A stretch of DNA of 64,000 bases from Thiotrichales bacterium (GTDB lineage Bacteria > Pseudomonadota > Gammaproteobacteria > Francisellales > CACEW01): the NCBI GenBank assembly GCA_947476405.1, contig CANJQG010000002.1, positions 7,050-71,049 on the forward strand, in the 5' to 3' direction. The position numbers and the translations under genes are program-made. Positions 49,118-60,604 of this stretch are shown here, in pieces; within the stretch, counting starts at the first letter, position 1, and every line of letters starts with the position of its first letter. Under the pieces are notes generated by a model. It made no database searches, had not been told where the DNA came from, and saw only the letters and a list, made by a program, of their open reading frames with translations.

Positions 49118-49672
49118 ATGAAACCGAATATTCAATTACATGAGGGTGAAAGCATTCTCATTGAAACTCAGCCTAAACAAGCCATTGTTTGGTATTGGAT
49201 TACCATAAGAGCACTGACTTGGGTAGCGACTTTATTCATCATACTCCTATTCAGTATGGCTCAATTTAAAGAAGCATTAGGGTTCCTTTCCTTTTTGCGG
49301 ACTAATCCCTTGCCCTATCTGGGCGTGATTGCCATTATTATAGCCGTTATTGCAGCCCTTATTGTGACCCTTGTTTATGTATGGTTATCGGCGGTATCTA
49401 AAAAACATTGGTACTTCATTACCAACGAACGTTGCATTAATTTTTCCGGATTTTATGGAATCAATAAACAAATCATCTTGTTTGCCAATATAGTGGATGT
49501 GAATGTGCGTCAAAATCCATTGGAACATTTTTTAGGAATTAGCTCCGTCATTATTGATGTCCCCAGCCTCATGTTATCCAGAAGAAGATCGAGAGGCAGC
49601 TTGGCGATTATAGGCTTAACTCCAGAGGATGCTGAAAAAATATCGCACCTAATCGGCGAAAAAATGAGCTAG
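49118..49672 (+). CDS. Membrane protein with a bacterial PH (bPH_2/YdbS-like) domain
   Basis: LHEGESILIETQP, two TM segments, then YFITNERCINFSGFYGINKQIILFANIVDVNVRQNPLEHFLGISSVIID, typical of bPH_2. Confidence 0.6.
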   Translation: MKPNIQLHEGESILIETQPKQAIVWYWITIRALTWVATLFIILLFSMAQFKEALGFLSFLRTNPLPYLGVIAIIIAVIAALIVTLVYVWLSAVSKKHWYFITNERCINFSGFYGINKQIILFANIVDVNVRQNPLEHFLGISSVIIDVPSLMLSRRRSRGSLAIIGLTPEDAEKISHLIGEKMS

Positions 49673-49729
49673 ATAGCCAAACAGAAAAAAGCTTAGAAAT
49701 CTACGTGAAATCACTTCAGCGCTCGCTGA

Positions 49730-51415
49730 TTATCCAACAGAGAGCAAGCGATCGGCGATAGCGGGCACAGGAAGCGAACGAACACCTTGAACTCTCATCA
49801 AATTAAAGAGTGGCGTAGGCGACGCAATAACTGCCGGAATTTTTTGCAAAAGATTTGCATTTTCAGAGAGAGGCGCTTCAACACTCAAGGTAAATTCACC
49901 TGCCCTTGCAGCGTCAATATCCGCTTTCTTTTTGGCTTTGTGATCAGCGTGATTATAGGTATTGATATACTCCGACAGATCTTTACCTTTTTGATTCGGA
50001 TCAGCTTGCATATCAAAGGCCGCAAGCAGATACGTCCGCAAACTATGTTTATTGAGATTGCCACCATACTGACCATTAATTTGGTCTATCGCAAGCTGCT
50101 TTAAACTCTCGACATCACTGGCCGCATCAATCTTTGCCTGTAATACGGATGCTGTATTGCGCCCAGCTTGTGCATGACGATGAAATAGCCCTCGATTAAC
50201 ACCATTAAAACCAAGATAAGCCTGAATGGCATCTAATAGGTTTTTTTTCAATTGGTCTATTGAATTAACGGGATAGCGACTTGCTAATTGAGAAAAACAA
50301 ATGACTGCATCTTGAGTCGTCACTGTATGAGGTATTTTTTGATCTTGAGAACTCATTTTTCGTAAAATACCAATAAAACGGTCAGCGTCAGGGGCATCCA
50401 TACCCGCAGTCTCAAGACGTCCTCTTAGGCTTCCAAAAAAAGTATTGCACCTCTCGTTATATCGAGCATTTAGCTGACTTGGGGTATATAGATAAGTTTT
50501 CCTTCCTCCCTCCAACACTCTTTTTGCACCCAGTTCTTGAACAAGCTTCTCTGCATTCCAACCCAAGATTCCCATAAAACTAATCGCGAATGCATATCGA
50601 TCTTGAGCATAATCAGACTGATAGGACTGTTGAGAGTTAGAAATCCTACGTTTAATCAATTGATTCAAGGGAATAAAATACGACGTTCCAGCCAAACCTA
50701 GACGCTGATCCTTTCCGCGGTGAGCTTCAAACAAAGACAATCCAAAATCGATGATTGAGGAAGTTCCATCTGCACTAGAACGGATATTTTCAGGCTTAAT
50801 ATCACGATGAACAATCCCTGCAGCATGCAATTTTTGCAGACCTTGCATCGTCGTCAATGCTGCATTCAAAAATCGACCCAGGCCGCCTTTCCTCTCTAGA
50901 TCAATTGCTTTTTCTAAACTTCGATCACCCAAAAAAGGCAATGTCACCTTGGAAGTGATGCCATTTCTCTTAAAATTAATTACCAGTCGCAATTGCTTGC
51001 TTTTTCTGGGATTCATAATTAAGGTATGGATCATTAAGTCACGCAAATTTTGTTTCGCATTACGAAGCGCATTCTCACGCTCTTCGCCCCCCAGATTCAA
51101 GGAATATTTTTTCACCAGCGTAATCTCTTGTCCTTTTTTGGGAATACGCCCATACACGATGCCAAAGGCACCTTGACCAATGGCCGCGCCCTTCATCGTT
51201 AGCTTCTCTCTTAAGCCTTCATCCATATCATATTTTTTGCGCCATAAGCGCTTCACTTCAAGTGGCTTATCATTAGAACTATTTTGATGTGCCCGCAATT
51301 TCTGACCCGTAAATCGAAATTGATAGTCGGCCTGATCGATCATCTGATCGAGTGCGCAATGAATATCCGCTTCAGCTTCAACAATTGACTGGCCTACTTG
51401 CGTTGAAATGGGCAT
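49730..51415 (-). CDS. Eukaryotic-like Ser/Thr protein kinase (candidate effector)
   Basis: Gly loop GQGAFGIVYG, catalytic loop VHRDIKPENI, IIDFGLS (DFG). AAGAGGA lies upstream of ATG 51415. C-terminal region of about 250 aa is unassigned. Confidence 0.8.
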   Translation of the reverse strand: MPISTQVGQSIVEAEADIHCALDQMIDQADYQFRFTGQKLRAHQNSSNDKPLEVKRLWRKKYDMDEGLREKLTMKGAAIGQGAFGIVYGRIPKKGQEITLVKKYSLNLGGEERENALRNAKQNLRDLMIHTLIMNPRKSKQLRLVINFKRNGITSKVTLPFLGDRSLEKAIDLERKGGLGRFLNAALTTMQGLQKLHAAGIVHRDIKPENIRSSADGTSSIIDFGLSLFEAHRGKDQRLGLAGTSYFIPLNQLIKRRISNSQQSYQSDYAQDRYAFAISFMGILGWNAEKLVQELGAKRVLEGGRKTYLYTPSQLNARYNERCNTFFGSLRGRLETAGMDAPDADRFIGILRKMSSQDQKIPHTVTTQDAVICFSQLASRYPVNSIDQLKKNLLDAIQAYLGFNGVNRGLFHRHAQAGRNTASVLQAKIDAASDVESLKQLAIDQINGQYGGNLNKHSLRTYLLAAFDMQADPNQKGKDLSEYINTYNHADHKAKKKADIDAARAGEFTLSVEAPLSENANLLQKIPAVIASPTPLFNLMRVQGVRSLPVPAIADRLLSVG

Positions 51416-51490
51416 TGTAATTCCTCTTTTTATCTCGGAATGATTATTTGATCTCAACCAATAATATAATTTTTTATTTATAAAGTCAAT

Positions 51491-51516
51491 CTAAATCTAC
51501 TCTCCTAAATCTACTC
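51491..51516. promoter_or_regulatory. 12-bp direct repeat (CTAAATCTACTC x2, 2-bp spacer) upstream of the kinase gene
   Basis: Copies at 51491-51502 and 51505-51516, 76-101 nt upstream of the kinase ATG. The second copy overlaps the ftsW stop codon. Confidence 0.3.
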
Positions 51517-52678
51517 AACCCAAATTAAAAATCCGACTCCGAACGCGATCAACGACATTTTCCTGACTGCGCAGCTGATTTTGAAGGTCAATGCGCAACA
51601 GAATGCCGATGACCAAGCAGTCCACCACCAAACTACTGCCCCCATAACTGATAAAGGGTAGGGTCAGGCCTTTCGTCGGCAAAAGACCAATATTGACGCC
51701 GGTATTGATCAGGACCTGCATCGCCAGCCAAAAAGTCAGGCCATAGGCGACAAAGGTATCGAATAAATACTGTTGCAGATGCGCGGTTTTTCCAATATTC
51801 AAGCCCCGCCAAACTAATAATCCAAATAAAAATAAAACCAGGCAAACCCCTAATACGCCGAGCTCTTCACCGATAATCGCGAGCACAAAATCGGTATAGG
51901 ATTCTGGCAAATAAAATAATTTTTGCACACTATTGCCCAGGCCCACACCAAAAATGCCGCCACGACCAAAAGCAATCAGCGATTGTGAAAGTTGATAGCC
52001 CGTACTTAGTTGGTCATTCCAGGGATTTAAAAAACCTAAAAAACGCGCCATCCGATAAGGCGAGAAGATCACCAAAGCCACTGCCGCCGCTGCCGCTAAA
52101 ATCACTAAAATATAAAACCAACGCAAGCGCGCACCCGCCATAAACAGCATGCCCAATGCGGTGACAAACACCACAACCGTCGCGCCAAAATCAGGCTCCA
52201 TCAACAACAAAACGGCCATCATACCCAAAGCCAATACAGGCTTCACAATGCCGCTTAAGCTTTCTTTCACTTCTTCGCCATGACGACACAAATAGCCTGC
52301 AACGTACATCACTGCGCACAGCTTGACCAATTCTGACACCTGAATCGCAATCGGCCCGAAAATAATCCAACGCCGACTGCCATTCACGACATGGCCAACC
52401 CCCGGAATCAACACTAAAATCAACAATCCTAAGCCGATAAATAGCCATTTTTGATTTAGATTTTGCCAAAATTCAGTAGGAATGGTCAAACAAATCAGCA
52501 AAGCCAGGATTCCAATCACCGCAAAAATACTCTGCCGAATAATAAAATAAAAGGAGTTGCCATAACTATGCTGCGCCACCGCCATCGAAGACGAGGCCAC
52601 CATCACCAAACCAATCGTCAACAAGCCGATAAACGCGACTAAAATCACATAGTCCAGTTTGAGACGTGCTTTTTTCAT
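51515..52678 (-). CDS. ftsW: SEDS-family peptidoglycan glycosyltransferase, FtsW-like
   Basis: [48 protein letters not shown] closely parallels the E. coli FtsW block (GNSVQKLEYLPEAHTDF). 4-nt overlap with secA. Confidence 0.8.
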   Translation of the reverse strand: MKKARLKLDYVILVAFIGLLTIGLVMVASSSMAVAQHSYGNSFYFIIRQSIFAVIGILALLICLTIPTEFWQNLNQKWLFIGLGLLILVLIPGVGHVVNGSRRWIIFGPIAIQVSELVKLCAVMYVAGYLCRHGEEVKESLSGIVKPVLALGMMAVLLLMEPDFGATVVVFVTALGMLFMAGARLRWFYILVILAAAAAVALVIFSPYRMARFLGFLNPWNDQLSTGYQLSQSLIAFGRGGIFGVGLGNSVQKLFYLPESYTDFVLAIIGEELGVLGVCLVLFLFGLLVWRGLNIGKTAHLQQYLFDTFVAYGLTFWLAMQVLINTGVNIGLLPTKGLTLPFISYGGSSLVVDCLVIGILLRIDLQNQLRSQENVVDRVRSRIFNLG

Positions 52679-55338
52679 CCCGTTATTTTTCCATGACAGT
52701 GTTTAAACTTTTCACCCGAACCACAAGGGCAGGGATCGTTACGCCCCACTTTTGAAAAATCAGCCGCTTTTTCAGGCTCACCCATGCCATTTAAGGACTG
52801 ATGCTGATATTGGATTTTTTGCATGGGCGGCGCCGCAATCGCAGCTTCTTCAGGCGCTTTGATGATTACCTTCATCAGGACCGCAGTGACATCATGTTTA
52901 AATTGATCCAGCAGACTCGAAAACAAATTAAAGGCTTCTCGCTTATATTCTTGCTTAGGGTCTTTTTGTGCATAGCCACGCAAATTAATACTTTGCTTGA
53001 GATGCTCCAGCCGCGCCAAGTGCTCGCGCCAATGCGTATCCATACTATTGAGAATCACTAACTTTTCATAATGGGCTAAGGCATTGACATCTGCTTTCAC
53101 TGTTTTTTCGCTATAAAATGCATGTCCTGCAGCCACCACTTTTTGCATCAACGCTTCTGCTGTTAAATTAGCGTCTTCATCCAACCAGGACTGAATCGGC
53201 AAATCCAAAGCAAAATCAGCCTGCAATAAGGCAACCAGGCCCACCACATCCCATTGCTCTGGCATTGAACCCGCAGGAACAAAACGCTCGGTCACGGACT
53301 CCATCACATCATGGCGTAAATTTGAGACGACCTCTGACAGATTGTCTTCCTGCAGCAATTCTGCCCGCTGTTGATAGATGACTTTACGCTGATCATTGAC
53401 CACATTATCGTATTGCAGCAATTGTTTCCGAATATCGAAATTGTGATTTTCTACTTTTTTCTGTGCATTCGCAATGGCTTTCGTCACTAAGCGACTTTGC
53501 AAAGCCTCACCCTGCCCCATACCCAAACGACGCATCATCCCCGCCAGACGATCGCCTGAAAAAATCCGAATCAAGTGATCCTCTAGCGACAAATAAAACT
53601 GGCTGGAACCCGGATCACCCTGACGCCCGGATCGACCACGCAACTGATTATCAATCCGGCGTGATTCATGACGCTCTGAACCAATAATACGAATCCCACC
53701 CGCTGCCTTCACCTGGTTATGTCGCGCCTGCCAATCTGCTTTTAATGCAGTCGCTTGCTCAGGTGTTGGATTCTCTAAACCCAATAATTCAGCCTGAAAA
53801 TTTCCGCCCAAAACAATATCCGTTCCCCGACCGGCCATATTTGTCGCAATGGTGACCGCTGCGGGACAGCCTGCTTCTGTGACAATCGAGGCCTCACGCA
53901 CATGCTGCTTCGCATTCAGCACTTCATGAACAATATTTTCCTTTTGAAGGAGTTCAGAAAGCTGCTCTGAAGTTTCAATCGAAGCCGTCCCGACCAAAAC
54001 CGGTTGACCACGGCCTTTACAGGCTTTGATATCCTCAACAATCGCTGCGAATTTTTCATCTGCAGTCAGATAAACCATATCTGCTTGATCTTTACGCACC
54101 ATCGGCATATGGGTGGGAATTACAACGACTTCGAGATTATAAATCTGCTGTAATTCATAGGCTTCCGTATCGGCCGTCCCCGTCATACCGCTCAATTTAT
54201 TATAAATTCTAAAATAATTTTGGAAAGTAATCGAAGCCAGGGTTTGATTCTCCGCTTGAATCGCAACGCCTTCTTTGGCCTCCACCGCCTGATGCAACCC
54301 ATCAGACCATCTGCGCCCAATCATGGCGCGGCCGGTATGAGGATCCACAATAATAATTTCGTTCTCTTTGACGATATAATCCACATCTTTATGATACAGC
54401 GTATTCGCACGCAGCACCGCGTTAAAATAATGCATCAAACTCAAGTTTTTTGGGCTGTAAAGACTTTCCCCTTCTTCAATAATCTTAGCCTCAAGCAGCA
54501 GAACTTCGAGGTGCTCATGACCGCTTTCGGTGAGCATTGCCTGACGCGCTTTTTCATCCAAGGTATAATCGCCTGGACCCGCTTCACTCTCCTGCTTTTT
54601 TAGCTTGCCAATCAACTCGGTGAGTTCGACGTAATGAACTGAACTATCCTCCATCACCCCAGAGATAATCAAAGGCGTACGGGCTTCATCAATTAAAATC
54701 GAATCCACTTCATCGACGACCGCAAAATAAAGTTTCCGCTGAACGCGTTCCGCAACATGGGTAACCATATTATCACGCAGATAATCAAAGCCAAATTCGT
54801 TATTAGTGCCATACGTAATATCGCAAGCATACGCAGACCGACGCGTTACATTATCGAGGCCCGGCACAATCACGCCCGTCGTCAAGCCAAGAAAGCCATA
54901 AACCCGCCCCATCTGCTCCGCATCTCGCTTGACGAGATAATCATTAATCGTCACCAAATGGACGTTTTCACCTGACAAAGCATTTAAATAGAGGGGTAGA
55001 ACCGCAGCGAGGGTTTTTCCTTCCCCCGTTTTCATCTCCGCAATTTTACCCATATGCAAGACCATTCCGCCGATCAGCTGCACATCAAAATGACGCATCC
55101 CCAAGACGCGACGACTGGCCTCACGGACAACCGCAAACGCCTCAATCAACAGACTATCCAGTGTCGCACCCGCCAAAACCCGAGCCTTAAACTCAGCCGT
55201 CTTAGCCGCCAAAGCCTCATCCGAAAGCCCCTGAAGCTGAGGCTCCAACGCATTAATCGCGCGCACCTTCCGCTGCAAATCCTTTAAAATCCGCTCGTTG
55301 CGACTCCCAAAAACCTTAGAAACTAAATGTTGAATCAT
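52675..55338 (-). CDS. secA: Preprotein translocase ATPase SecA
   Basis: MKTGEGKTL Walker [30 protein letters not shown], and the C-terminal zinc finger [14 protein letters not shown]. Confidence 0.97.
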   Translation of the reverse strand: MIQHLVSKVFGSRNERILKDLQRKVRAINALEPQLQGLSDEALAAKTAEFKARVLAGATLDSLLIEAFAVVREASRRVLGMRHFDVQLIGGMVLHMGKIAEMKTGEGKTLAAVLPLYLNALSGENVHLVTINDYLVKRDAEQMGRVYGFLGLTTGVIVPGLDNVTRRSAYACDITYGTNNEFGFDYLRDNMVTHVAERVQRKLYFAVVDEVDSILIDEARTPLIISGVMEDSSVHYVELTELIGKLKKQESEAGPGDYTLDEKARQAMLTESGHEHLEVLLLEAKIIEEGESLYSPKNLSLMHYFNAVLRANTLYHKDVDYIVKENEIIIVDPHTGRAMIGRRWSDGLHQAVEAKEGVAIQAENQTLASITFQNYFRIYNKLSGMTGTADTEAYELQQIYNLEVVVIPTHMPMVRKDQADMVYLTADEKFAAIVEDIKACKGRGQPVLVGTASIETSEQLSELLQKENIVHEVLNAKQHVREASIVTEAGCPAAVTIATNMAGRGTDIVLGGNFQAELLGLENPTPEQATALKADWQARHNQVKAAGGIRIIGSERHESRRIDNQLRGRSGRQGDPGSSQFYLSLEDHLIRIFSGDRLAGMMRRLGMGQGEALQSRLVTKAIANAQKKVENHNFDIRKQLLQYDNVVNDQRKVIYQQRAELLQEDNLSEVVSNLRHDVMESVTERFVPAGSMPEQWDVVGLVALLQADFALDLPIQSWLDEDANLTAEALMQKVVAAGHAFYSEKTVKADVNALAHYEKLVILNSMDTHWREHLARLEHLKQSINLRGYAQKDPKQEYKREAFNLFSSLLDQFKHDVTAVLMKVIIKAPEEAAIAAPPMQKIQYQHQSLNGMGEPEKAADFSKVGRNDPCPCGSGEKFKHCHGKITG

Positions 55339-55431
55339 CGTCCGTATCGCGCTTTATCTCATTCAAAAAAGCATTATAACTCAATTAGCGCCTTGACTGG
55401 AAGACCTGCAAGTGACTTTAATGAGATAAGG

Positions 55432-57231
55432 TCATTTTAGCAAATCCTTCAAGGCATTCACCGCCCCACCGACGACAGAACCCAATGAATGCGTGACGGT
55501 TGAACCTAAGGCCAGGCTCACATATTTGATCATCTCCGCGTGAACAATCGGCCATTCCACACCTTGTTTCAGCTGATCGAAAGATCCACTTATTTTGTAG
55601 GGAATGACCAAGCCTTTGACTTTTCCTGGGGCAACCAATTGGCTTGTCAAAAGATAATCCATATTTTTTTGACCCAAATCAATTTGACCTGAACCTTTGA
55701 CTTGTACCAGCGGGCCTTTCATATCCATTACGGGCGTGGTGAGCACCCCCTGACTGAGCACAATATTAGCCTTGAGGGAGCCCAAATCAGTATGCTTTCC
55801 ATTGCCCGCATTAATGGGCCCTTGATTTTGTTGCAACGCAAGCATCGACTGATTGATCTCCGAGCTCGCTGAGACTAGATTTCGAATATTCAGTAAATTC
55901 GTTGCCAGTTGATTCAGACTATCAATCAAAGCGCGCAAATCAAACCCAAGTAACGTTAAATTCTGGATATTTACATTTTGATTTATTTGAAGATTGCGCC
56001 CCCCCCTCACGGTTCCGGATAATGCAATATTTTGCATCGGCAACTTCGCACCCGATAAATTCACAAAATCAGAAGTATCTATTTGATCTGCATTCAGACT
56101 TTCACCCAAACGCAAAGGCTGAAAAGAAGTCACATTCACATTCCCCTGAATCTGCGTCCCGGTAAAACCCATTTTTAATGGATTTAAATTCAACTTTCGC
56201 GCATTTCCAGAAAAATGGGTAGAAATAGTCACTTGCTGCAAAATCAGCTTATTTGGAAAAGTGGGAAAAGGCAGCCCTAAACTCTCACTCAAATCAGGCA
56301 GCGAGAATGCACTCAACTTGAGCAAGCCCGAATAGTTTAATGTATTCCAGCCTTTCACATTCACATTTAAAGTGCCATTTACAATTTGATTAAAATCAAA
56401 ACTAACCTCATTCAAGAGAAGCGTTTGCTGATTTAAATCTAGATTCAGCCCGCCTGAAATTTGCGCGCTCAGATGTATTTTTTGATCACTCTGAGCAAAA
56501 TAAGTTAAATTGCTTTGAAGCGCTAAATGATCAAAACTTAAAGTTTCTTTTTTAAAATTGATCTGCGCCAGCATATTTACTTTCACATTTCCAGTTAAAT
56601 TGTCATTGACATTGACATTCGCATTCAACAAAACAGGGAAATCTTGATTAGGATTAAACTGATTCAGGGTCAAATTGAGTTCACTGATCGCAATATGACA
56701 ATGACTCTGGTCATTATCATAGGTGACTTGCGCATGACTCAAACTAAAGGCATCCACACTAAAATCTATTGCTTTGCTTTGCCTACGATAAATGGGCGCG
56801 GACACCGTCTTTGATTGCGGTGTTTGATGCGCAAAAGTCCAATTATTTTCGTGACCTTTTTGACGCAGAAATAATTGCAGGCCGCTGACATTCATACTAC
56901 TCACTGCGATTTTACCCTGCAAAAGCGCGTTCCAATTTAAATATAAATCAGCGGATTGGATTTCTGCAAAATTCACTTGCGTAAAGGCGGCAGGATTACT
57001 CAACGCTGCTGCACCCACATGAATCCCAAGACGCGGGAAAAAATTCCAGCTGAGATTACCCGGCAAAGTAAGCGCTCTTCCTGTAGATTGATTCACCATG
57101 GCAATGATCTGCGGCTTAAAATGATTGGGATTCACCCACTTTGCCAAAGCAAAAGCACCGAGACACCCCAAAATCAATAAAATAATCAGGCCCATCACGA
57201 TGATTTTAAAAATCCGCTTCAAAAGAGGCAT
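55432..57231 (-). CDS. asmA: AsmA-family protein
   Basis: N-terminal anchor followed by NPNHFKPQIIAMVNQSTGRALTLPGNLSWNFFPRLGIHVG, typical of the AsmA N-domain. The remainder is long and beta-rich. Confidence 0.7.
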   Translation of the reverse strand: MPLLKRIFKIIVMGLIILLILGCLGAFALAKWVNPNHFKPQIIAMVNQSTGRALTLPGNLSWNFFPRLGIHVGAAALSNPAAFTQVNFAEIQSADLYLNWNALLQGKIAVSSMNVSGLQLFLRQKGHENNWTFAHQTPQSKTVSAPIYRRQSKAIDFSVDAFSLSHAQVTYDNDQSHCHIAISELNLTLNQFNPNQDFPVLLNANVNVNDNLTGNVKVNMLAQINFKKETLSFDHLALQSNLTYFAQSDQKIHLSAQISGGLNLDLNQQTLLLNEVSFDFNQIVNGTLNVNVKGWNTLNYSGLLKLSAFSLPDLSESLGLPFPTFPNKLILQQVTISTHFSGNARKLNLNPLKMGFTGTQIQGNVNVTSFQPLRLGESLNADQIDTSDFVNLSGAKLPMQNIALSGTVRGGRNLQINQNVNIQNLTLLGFDLRALIDSLNQLATNLLNIRNLVSASSEINQSMLALQQNQGPINAGNGKHTDLGSLKANIVLSQGVLTTPVMDMKGPLVQVKGSGQIDLGQKNMDYLLTSQLVAPGKVKGLVIPYKISGSFDQLKQGVEWPIVHAEMIKYVSLALGSTVTHSLGSVVGGAVNALKDLLK

Positions 57232-58010
57232 GATGATTCTCCCAATTTAAATAACTGATGAAAATTACGGGTGGTCTGATCCCGCACTTCAGGATAAGTC
57301 AAGCCCTTCAAATTCGCAAGACATTCTGCAACTAAACGTGTATAACCTGGATAATTTGGCTTTCCTCGATTGGGCATTGGGGTCAAATAGGGCGAATCGG
57401 TTTCGACCAAAATACGGTCCAACGGTACATATTTTGCAACTTCACGCAAAGAATCTGCATTTTTAAAAGTCAAAATTCCAGAAAATGAAATCATCAAGCC
57501 CAAATCCAAACCCTGACGCGCCATTTCAATACTTTCAGTAAAACAATGAAATACGGCTTGACTGACCTCATATTTACGCAAAATGGCAATCGTATCTTCT
57601 TGCGCCTTCCGAGTATGAATAATCAAAGGCATGTTACATTTTTGCGCCACTTCAATATGCGTGATAAACCGCGCACGCTGTACGGATTTATCTGTAAATT
57701 CATAATAATAATCAAGGCCGGTCTCACCCACTGCAATGACTTTAGGATGTTTCGCATAGTCCAGCAAGCGGAGGGGATCGACCTCCTCACCCTGATCTTC
57801 ACTGGGATGAACGCCTACACTGGCATAGACCATCGGATACTGCTCAGCCAATTTGAGAATGGCTGGAATTTTTTCCATATCGACAGAAATACAGAGCATT
57901 TTTTTAACATCTGCCTGAATAGACGCTTCAATCGCGCGATCCAAAGATCCCTCAAAAGGCGTCAAATCCAATAAATCTAAATGGCAATGGGAATCCACTA
58001 AATACGACAC
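57219..58010 (-). CDS. TatD-family metal-dependent hydrolase
   Basis: VDSHCHLD, GETGLDYY, HCF, ETDSPYL motif series. Confidence 0.85.
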   Translation of the reverse strand: MSYLVDSHCHLDLLDLTPFEGSLDRAIEASIQADVKKMLCISVDMEKIPAILKLAEQYPMVYASVGVHPSEDQGEEVDPLRLLDYAKHPKVIAVGETGLDYYYEFTDKSVQRARFITHIEVAQKCNMPLIIHTRKAQEDTIAILRKYEVSQAVFHCFTESIEMARQGLDLGLMISFSGILTFKNADSLREVAKYVPLDRILVETDSPYLTPMPNRGKPNYPGYTRLVAECLANLKGLTYPEVRDQTTRNFHQLFKLGESSCLF

Positions 58011-58020
58011 ACTAGGCTCC

Positions 58021-59451
58021 TCATTTTAAAGCATGCTGAACGCGCGCGGCATAATCAGAATCTGCCGCCTGACACTGCGCCAACATGCGCTCTTGAATCG
58101 ATGGATTCGCTTGTTTCAGCCCTTCCGCAATATTATGGGCCAACTGATTTTTCTGATCGTCTGACATCAGGCGGAACAGCGCTCCTGCCTGCGAAAAATT
58201 ATCTTCATTCTGCGTATCATAAGCCTTGACCCAGGCGTCACCCAAAATCGGCAAGGGTGGCTCCGCCATTTCAGGAACCGGCGCCGGTGCACCCTGAGCA
58301 GTCCGATCATTGGGATAAAAATTCACTTCCGCCGTTGCATCCCGAGCCATTGCGCCATCCCGCTGATAATGATGCACCGGACAACGGGGTGCATTGATAG
58401 GCAATTGTGCATGATTCACGCCAATCCGGTAGCGATGCGCATCCTGATAAGCCAGCAATCGGGCTTGAAGCATTTTATCGGGAGAGACCCCGACGCCTGG
58501 CACTAAATTCGATGGCGCAAACGCAGCTTGCTCGACCTCCGCAAAATAATTGGTGACATTACGATTTAATTCCAATATTCCAACCTCCATCAGCGGGACC
58601 TCACCATGCGGCCAGACTTTTGTTAAATCGAATGGATTAATATGATAGGTTTTGGCCTGCTCCATCGTCATCACCTGAATCGCCACACGCCAGCGTGGAA
58701 AATCACCCTTTTCAATCGCCTGAAATAAATCCTGCTGCGCACCGAAAGAAGGCATTTTTGCGGCCGCTTCATTGGTCAGCGTTTGAATCCCTTGCTGGGT
58801 TTTAAAATGCCATTTGACCCAGACCCGCTCCCCTTTTTGATTCCACAAACTCAAGGCATGTGATGAAAACCCATCCATATGCCGGAACGATGCCGGCAGG
58901 CCACGATCCGACATCAGAATCGTCATTTGATGAAAAGATTGCGGCGAATTAGCCCAAAACTCAAACATCGCAGCAGGATCAGGCAAATTAGTCTGCGGAT
59001 TTTTTTTCTGAGAATGAATAAAGTCCGGAAATTTACTAGGATCTCGCAAAAAAAACACAGGCGTATTATTGCCCACTAAATCCCAATTCCCTTGCTCAGT
59101 ATAAAACTTTAAAGCAAATCCACGGGGATCCCGCGCATAATCGCTGGAATCCTGCCCGCCCCCAACAGTTGAAAACCGCAAAAACACAGGTGTTTTTTTA
59201 CCCGCACCCTGTAAAAAATCAGCCATGGTTAAGGAAGACAAATCCTGATTCAAAGTAAACGTCCCATACGCACCCGCACCGCGCGCATGGACAACGCGTT
59301 CCGGAATCCGCTCGCGATTAAAATGCGCTAATTTTTCAAATAAACGAAAGTTATCAAACGTAAGTGGCCCCCGCTCACCGGCCGTAATACTATTTTGATC
59401 ATCCGCGATCGGCGCGCCATTACTGGTCGTCAGGGGACATTTTTGACTCAT
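58021..59451 (-). CDS. Monofunctional heme catalase (small-subunit type)
   Basis: FNRERIPERVVHARGAGAYG (distal His region), PVFFLRDPSKFPDF, and RLLAYQDAHRYR (proximal Tyr region). Confidence 0.93.
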   Translation of the reverse strand: MSQKCPLTTSNGAPIADDQNSITAGERGPLTFDNFRLFEKLAHFNRERIPERVVHARGAGAYGTFTLNQDLSSLTMADFLQGAGKKTPVFLRFSTVGGGQDSSDYARDPRGFALKFYTEQGNWDLVGNNTPVFFLRDPSKFPDFIHSQKKNPQTNLPDPAAMFEFWANSPQSFHQMTILMSDRGLPASFRHMDGFSSHALSLWNQKGERVWVKWHFKTQQGIQTLTNEAAAKMPSFGAQQDLFQAIEKGDFPRWRVAIQVMTMEQAKTYHINPFDLTKVWPHGEVPLMEVGILELNRNVTNYFAEVEQAAFAPSNLVPGVGVSPDKMLQARLLAYQDAHRYRIGVNHAQLPINAPRCPVHHYQRDGAMARDATAEVNFYPNDRTAQGAPAPVPEMAEPPLPILGDAWVKAYDTQNEDNFSQAGALFRLMSDDQKNQLAHNIAEGLKQANPSIQERMLAQCQAADSDYAARVQHALK

Positions 59452-59575
59452 GCATCACTCCGTTGATTGTTTATTCAATTCTAAAGGATGGGGGTCTGAT
59501 ATTGCAAGCCCATGCTTGCCAAATCATCGAAACCAGGTATGATTATGCAGTCCCTTCCCCAGCAAAGCGCAGACT

Positions 59576-60604
59576 ATGAAAATTCTCGGCATCGAAAGTT
59601 CCTGCGATGAAACCGGCATCGCAATTTATGATACTGAAAAAGGCCTGCTTGCGCACACCCTTTACAGTCAAATTAAACGCCACGCACAATATGGTGGGGT
59701 GGTTCCTGAACTAGCCTCGCGCGATCATATCCGCAAAATTTTACCCCTGATTGATACCTGTTTACAGCAAGCTGAAATCCTTCCTCAAGCTCTAGATGGC
59801 ATTGCCTATACTTATGCTCCTGGATTGATCGGCGCGCTCATGATTGGTGCAGGCGTCGCAAAAAGTCTCTCTCTGGCTTGGAATATTCCCACCATTCCCG
59901 TGCATCACATGGAAGGGCATTTGCTTGCGCCTTTTCTAGAAAATCCCCAACCGGAATTCCCGTTTGTTGCATTACTGGTTTCAGGCGGACACACCCAATT
60001 ATATGAAGTCAAAGCCATCGGAGACTATACTTTACTGGGAGATACCCTAGACGATGCAGCCGGTGAAGCCTTCGACAAAACCGCCAAAATCATGGGGCTC
60101 CCCTATCCCGGCGGAAAATATTTAGCCGAACTTGCAACCCAAGGCACAGCGCGGTTTAAACTCCCCCTGCCCTTACTCAACAAAGACTCTCTTGATTTTA
60201 GTTTCAGCGGCCTCAAAACCGCAACCCGCCTCCTCATCGAACGCGAAACACCCTCAGCCTATGCGGATATTGCAGCCAGCTTCGAGGCGATCATGATTAA
60301 AACATTGTGCCACAAAGCCCTCTTGGCCCTTCAAAAAACAGGCCACGCCCATTTAGTCATCTCAGGCGGCGTCAGCGCAAACCAAAATCTACGCGCTAAC
60401 CTCACCCAACTCAGCCAAAATCATGGCTTTAAAGTATTTTATCCCCGCCTAGAATTCTGCACCGATAACGGCGCCATGATTGCCCTGGTCGGCGCCCTGA
60501 AGTTCAAAGAAGATCAGACGCGTTCTCTAGAAATCGAGGTGAAGGCTCGGACGGAAATGAAATGCTTGAATCCTTATGCCACACAAACCCTACAAACTCA
60601 ATGA
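59576..60604 (+). CDS. tsaD: tRNA N6-adenosine threonylcarbamoyltransferase TsaD
   Basis: [39 protein letters not shown] motifs. Confidence 0.93.
   Translation: MKILGIESSCDETGIAIYDTEKGLLAHTLYSQIKRHAQYGGVVPELASRDHIRKILPLIDTCLQQAEILPQALDGIAYTYAPGLIGALMIGAGVAKSLSLAWNIPTIPVHHMEGHLLAPFLENPQPEFPFVALLVSGGHTQLYEVKAIGDYTLLGDTLDDAAGEAFDKTAKIMGLPYPGGKYLAELATQGTARFKLPLPLLNKDSLDFSFSGLKTATRLLIERETPSAYADIAASFEAIMIKTLCHKALLALQKTGHAHLVISGGVSANQNLRANLTQLSQNHGFKVFYPRLEFCTDNGAMIALVGALKFKEDQTRSLEIEVKARTEMKCLNPYATQTLQTQ

Noticed and set aside
55352-55431. 12-nt inverted repeat (ctttatctcatt / aatgagataagg, 11 of 12 complementary) spanning the asmA-secA intergenic region, with a TATAAT (complement of 55373-55378) between the arms
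   Set aside because: It might sequester the secA leader only in read-through transcripts, but the distal arm lies upstream of the likely secA promoter and the loop is 56 nt. This is too speculative without folding energies or transcript maps.
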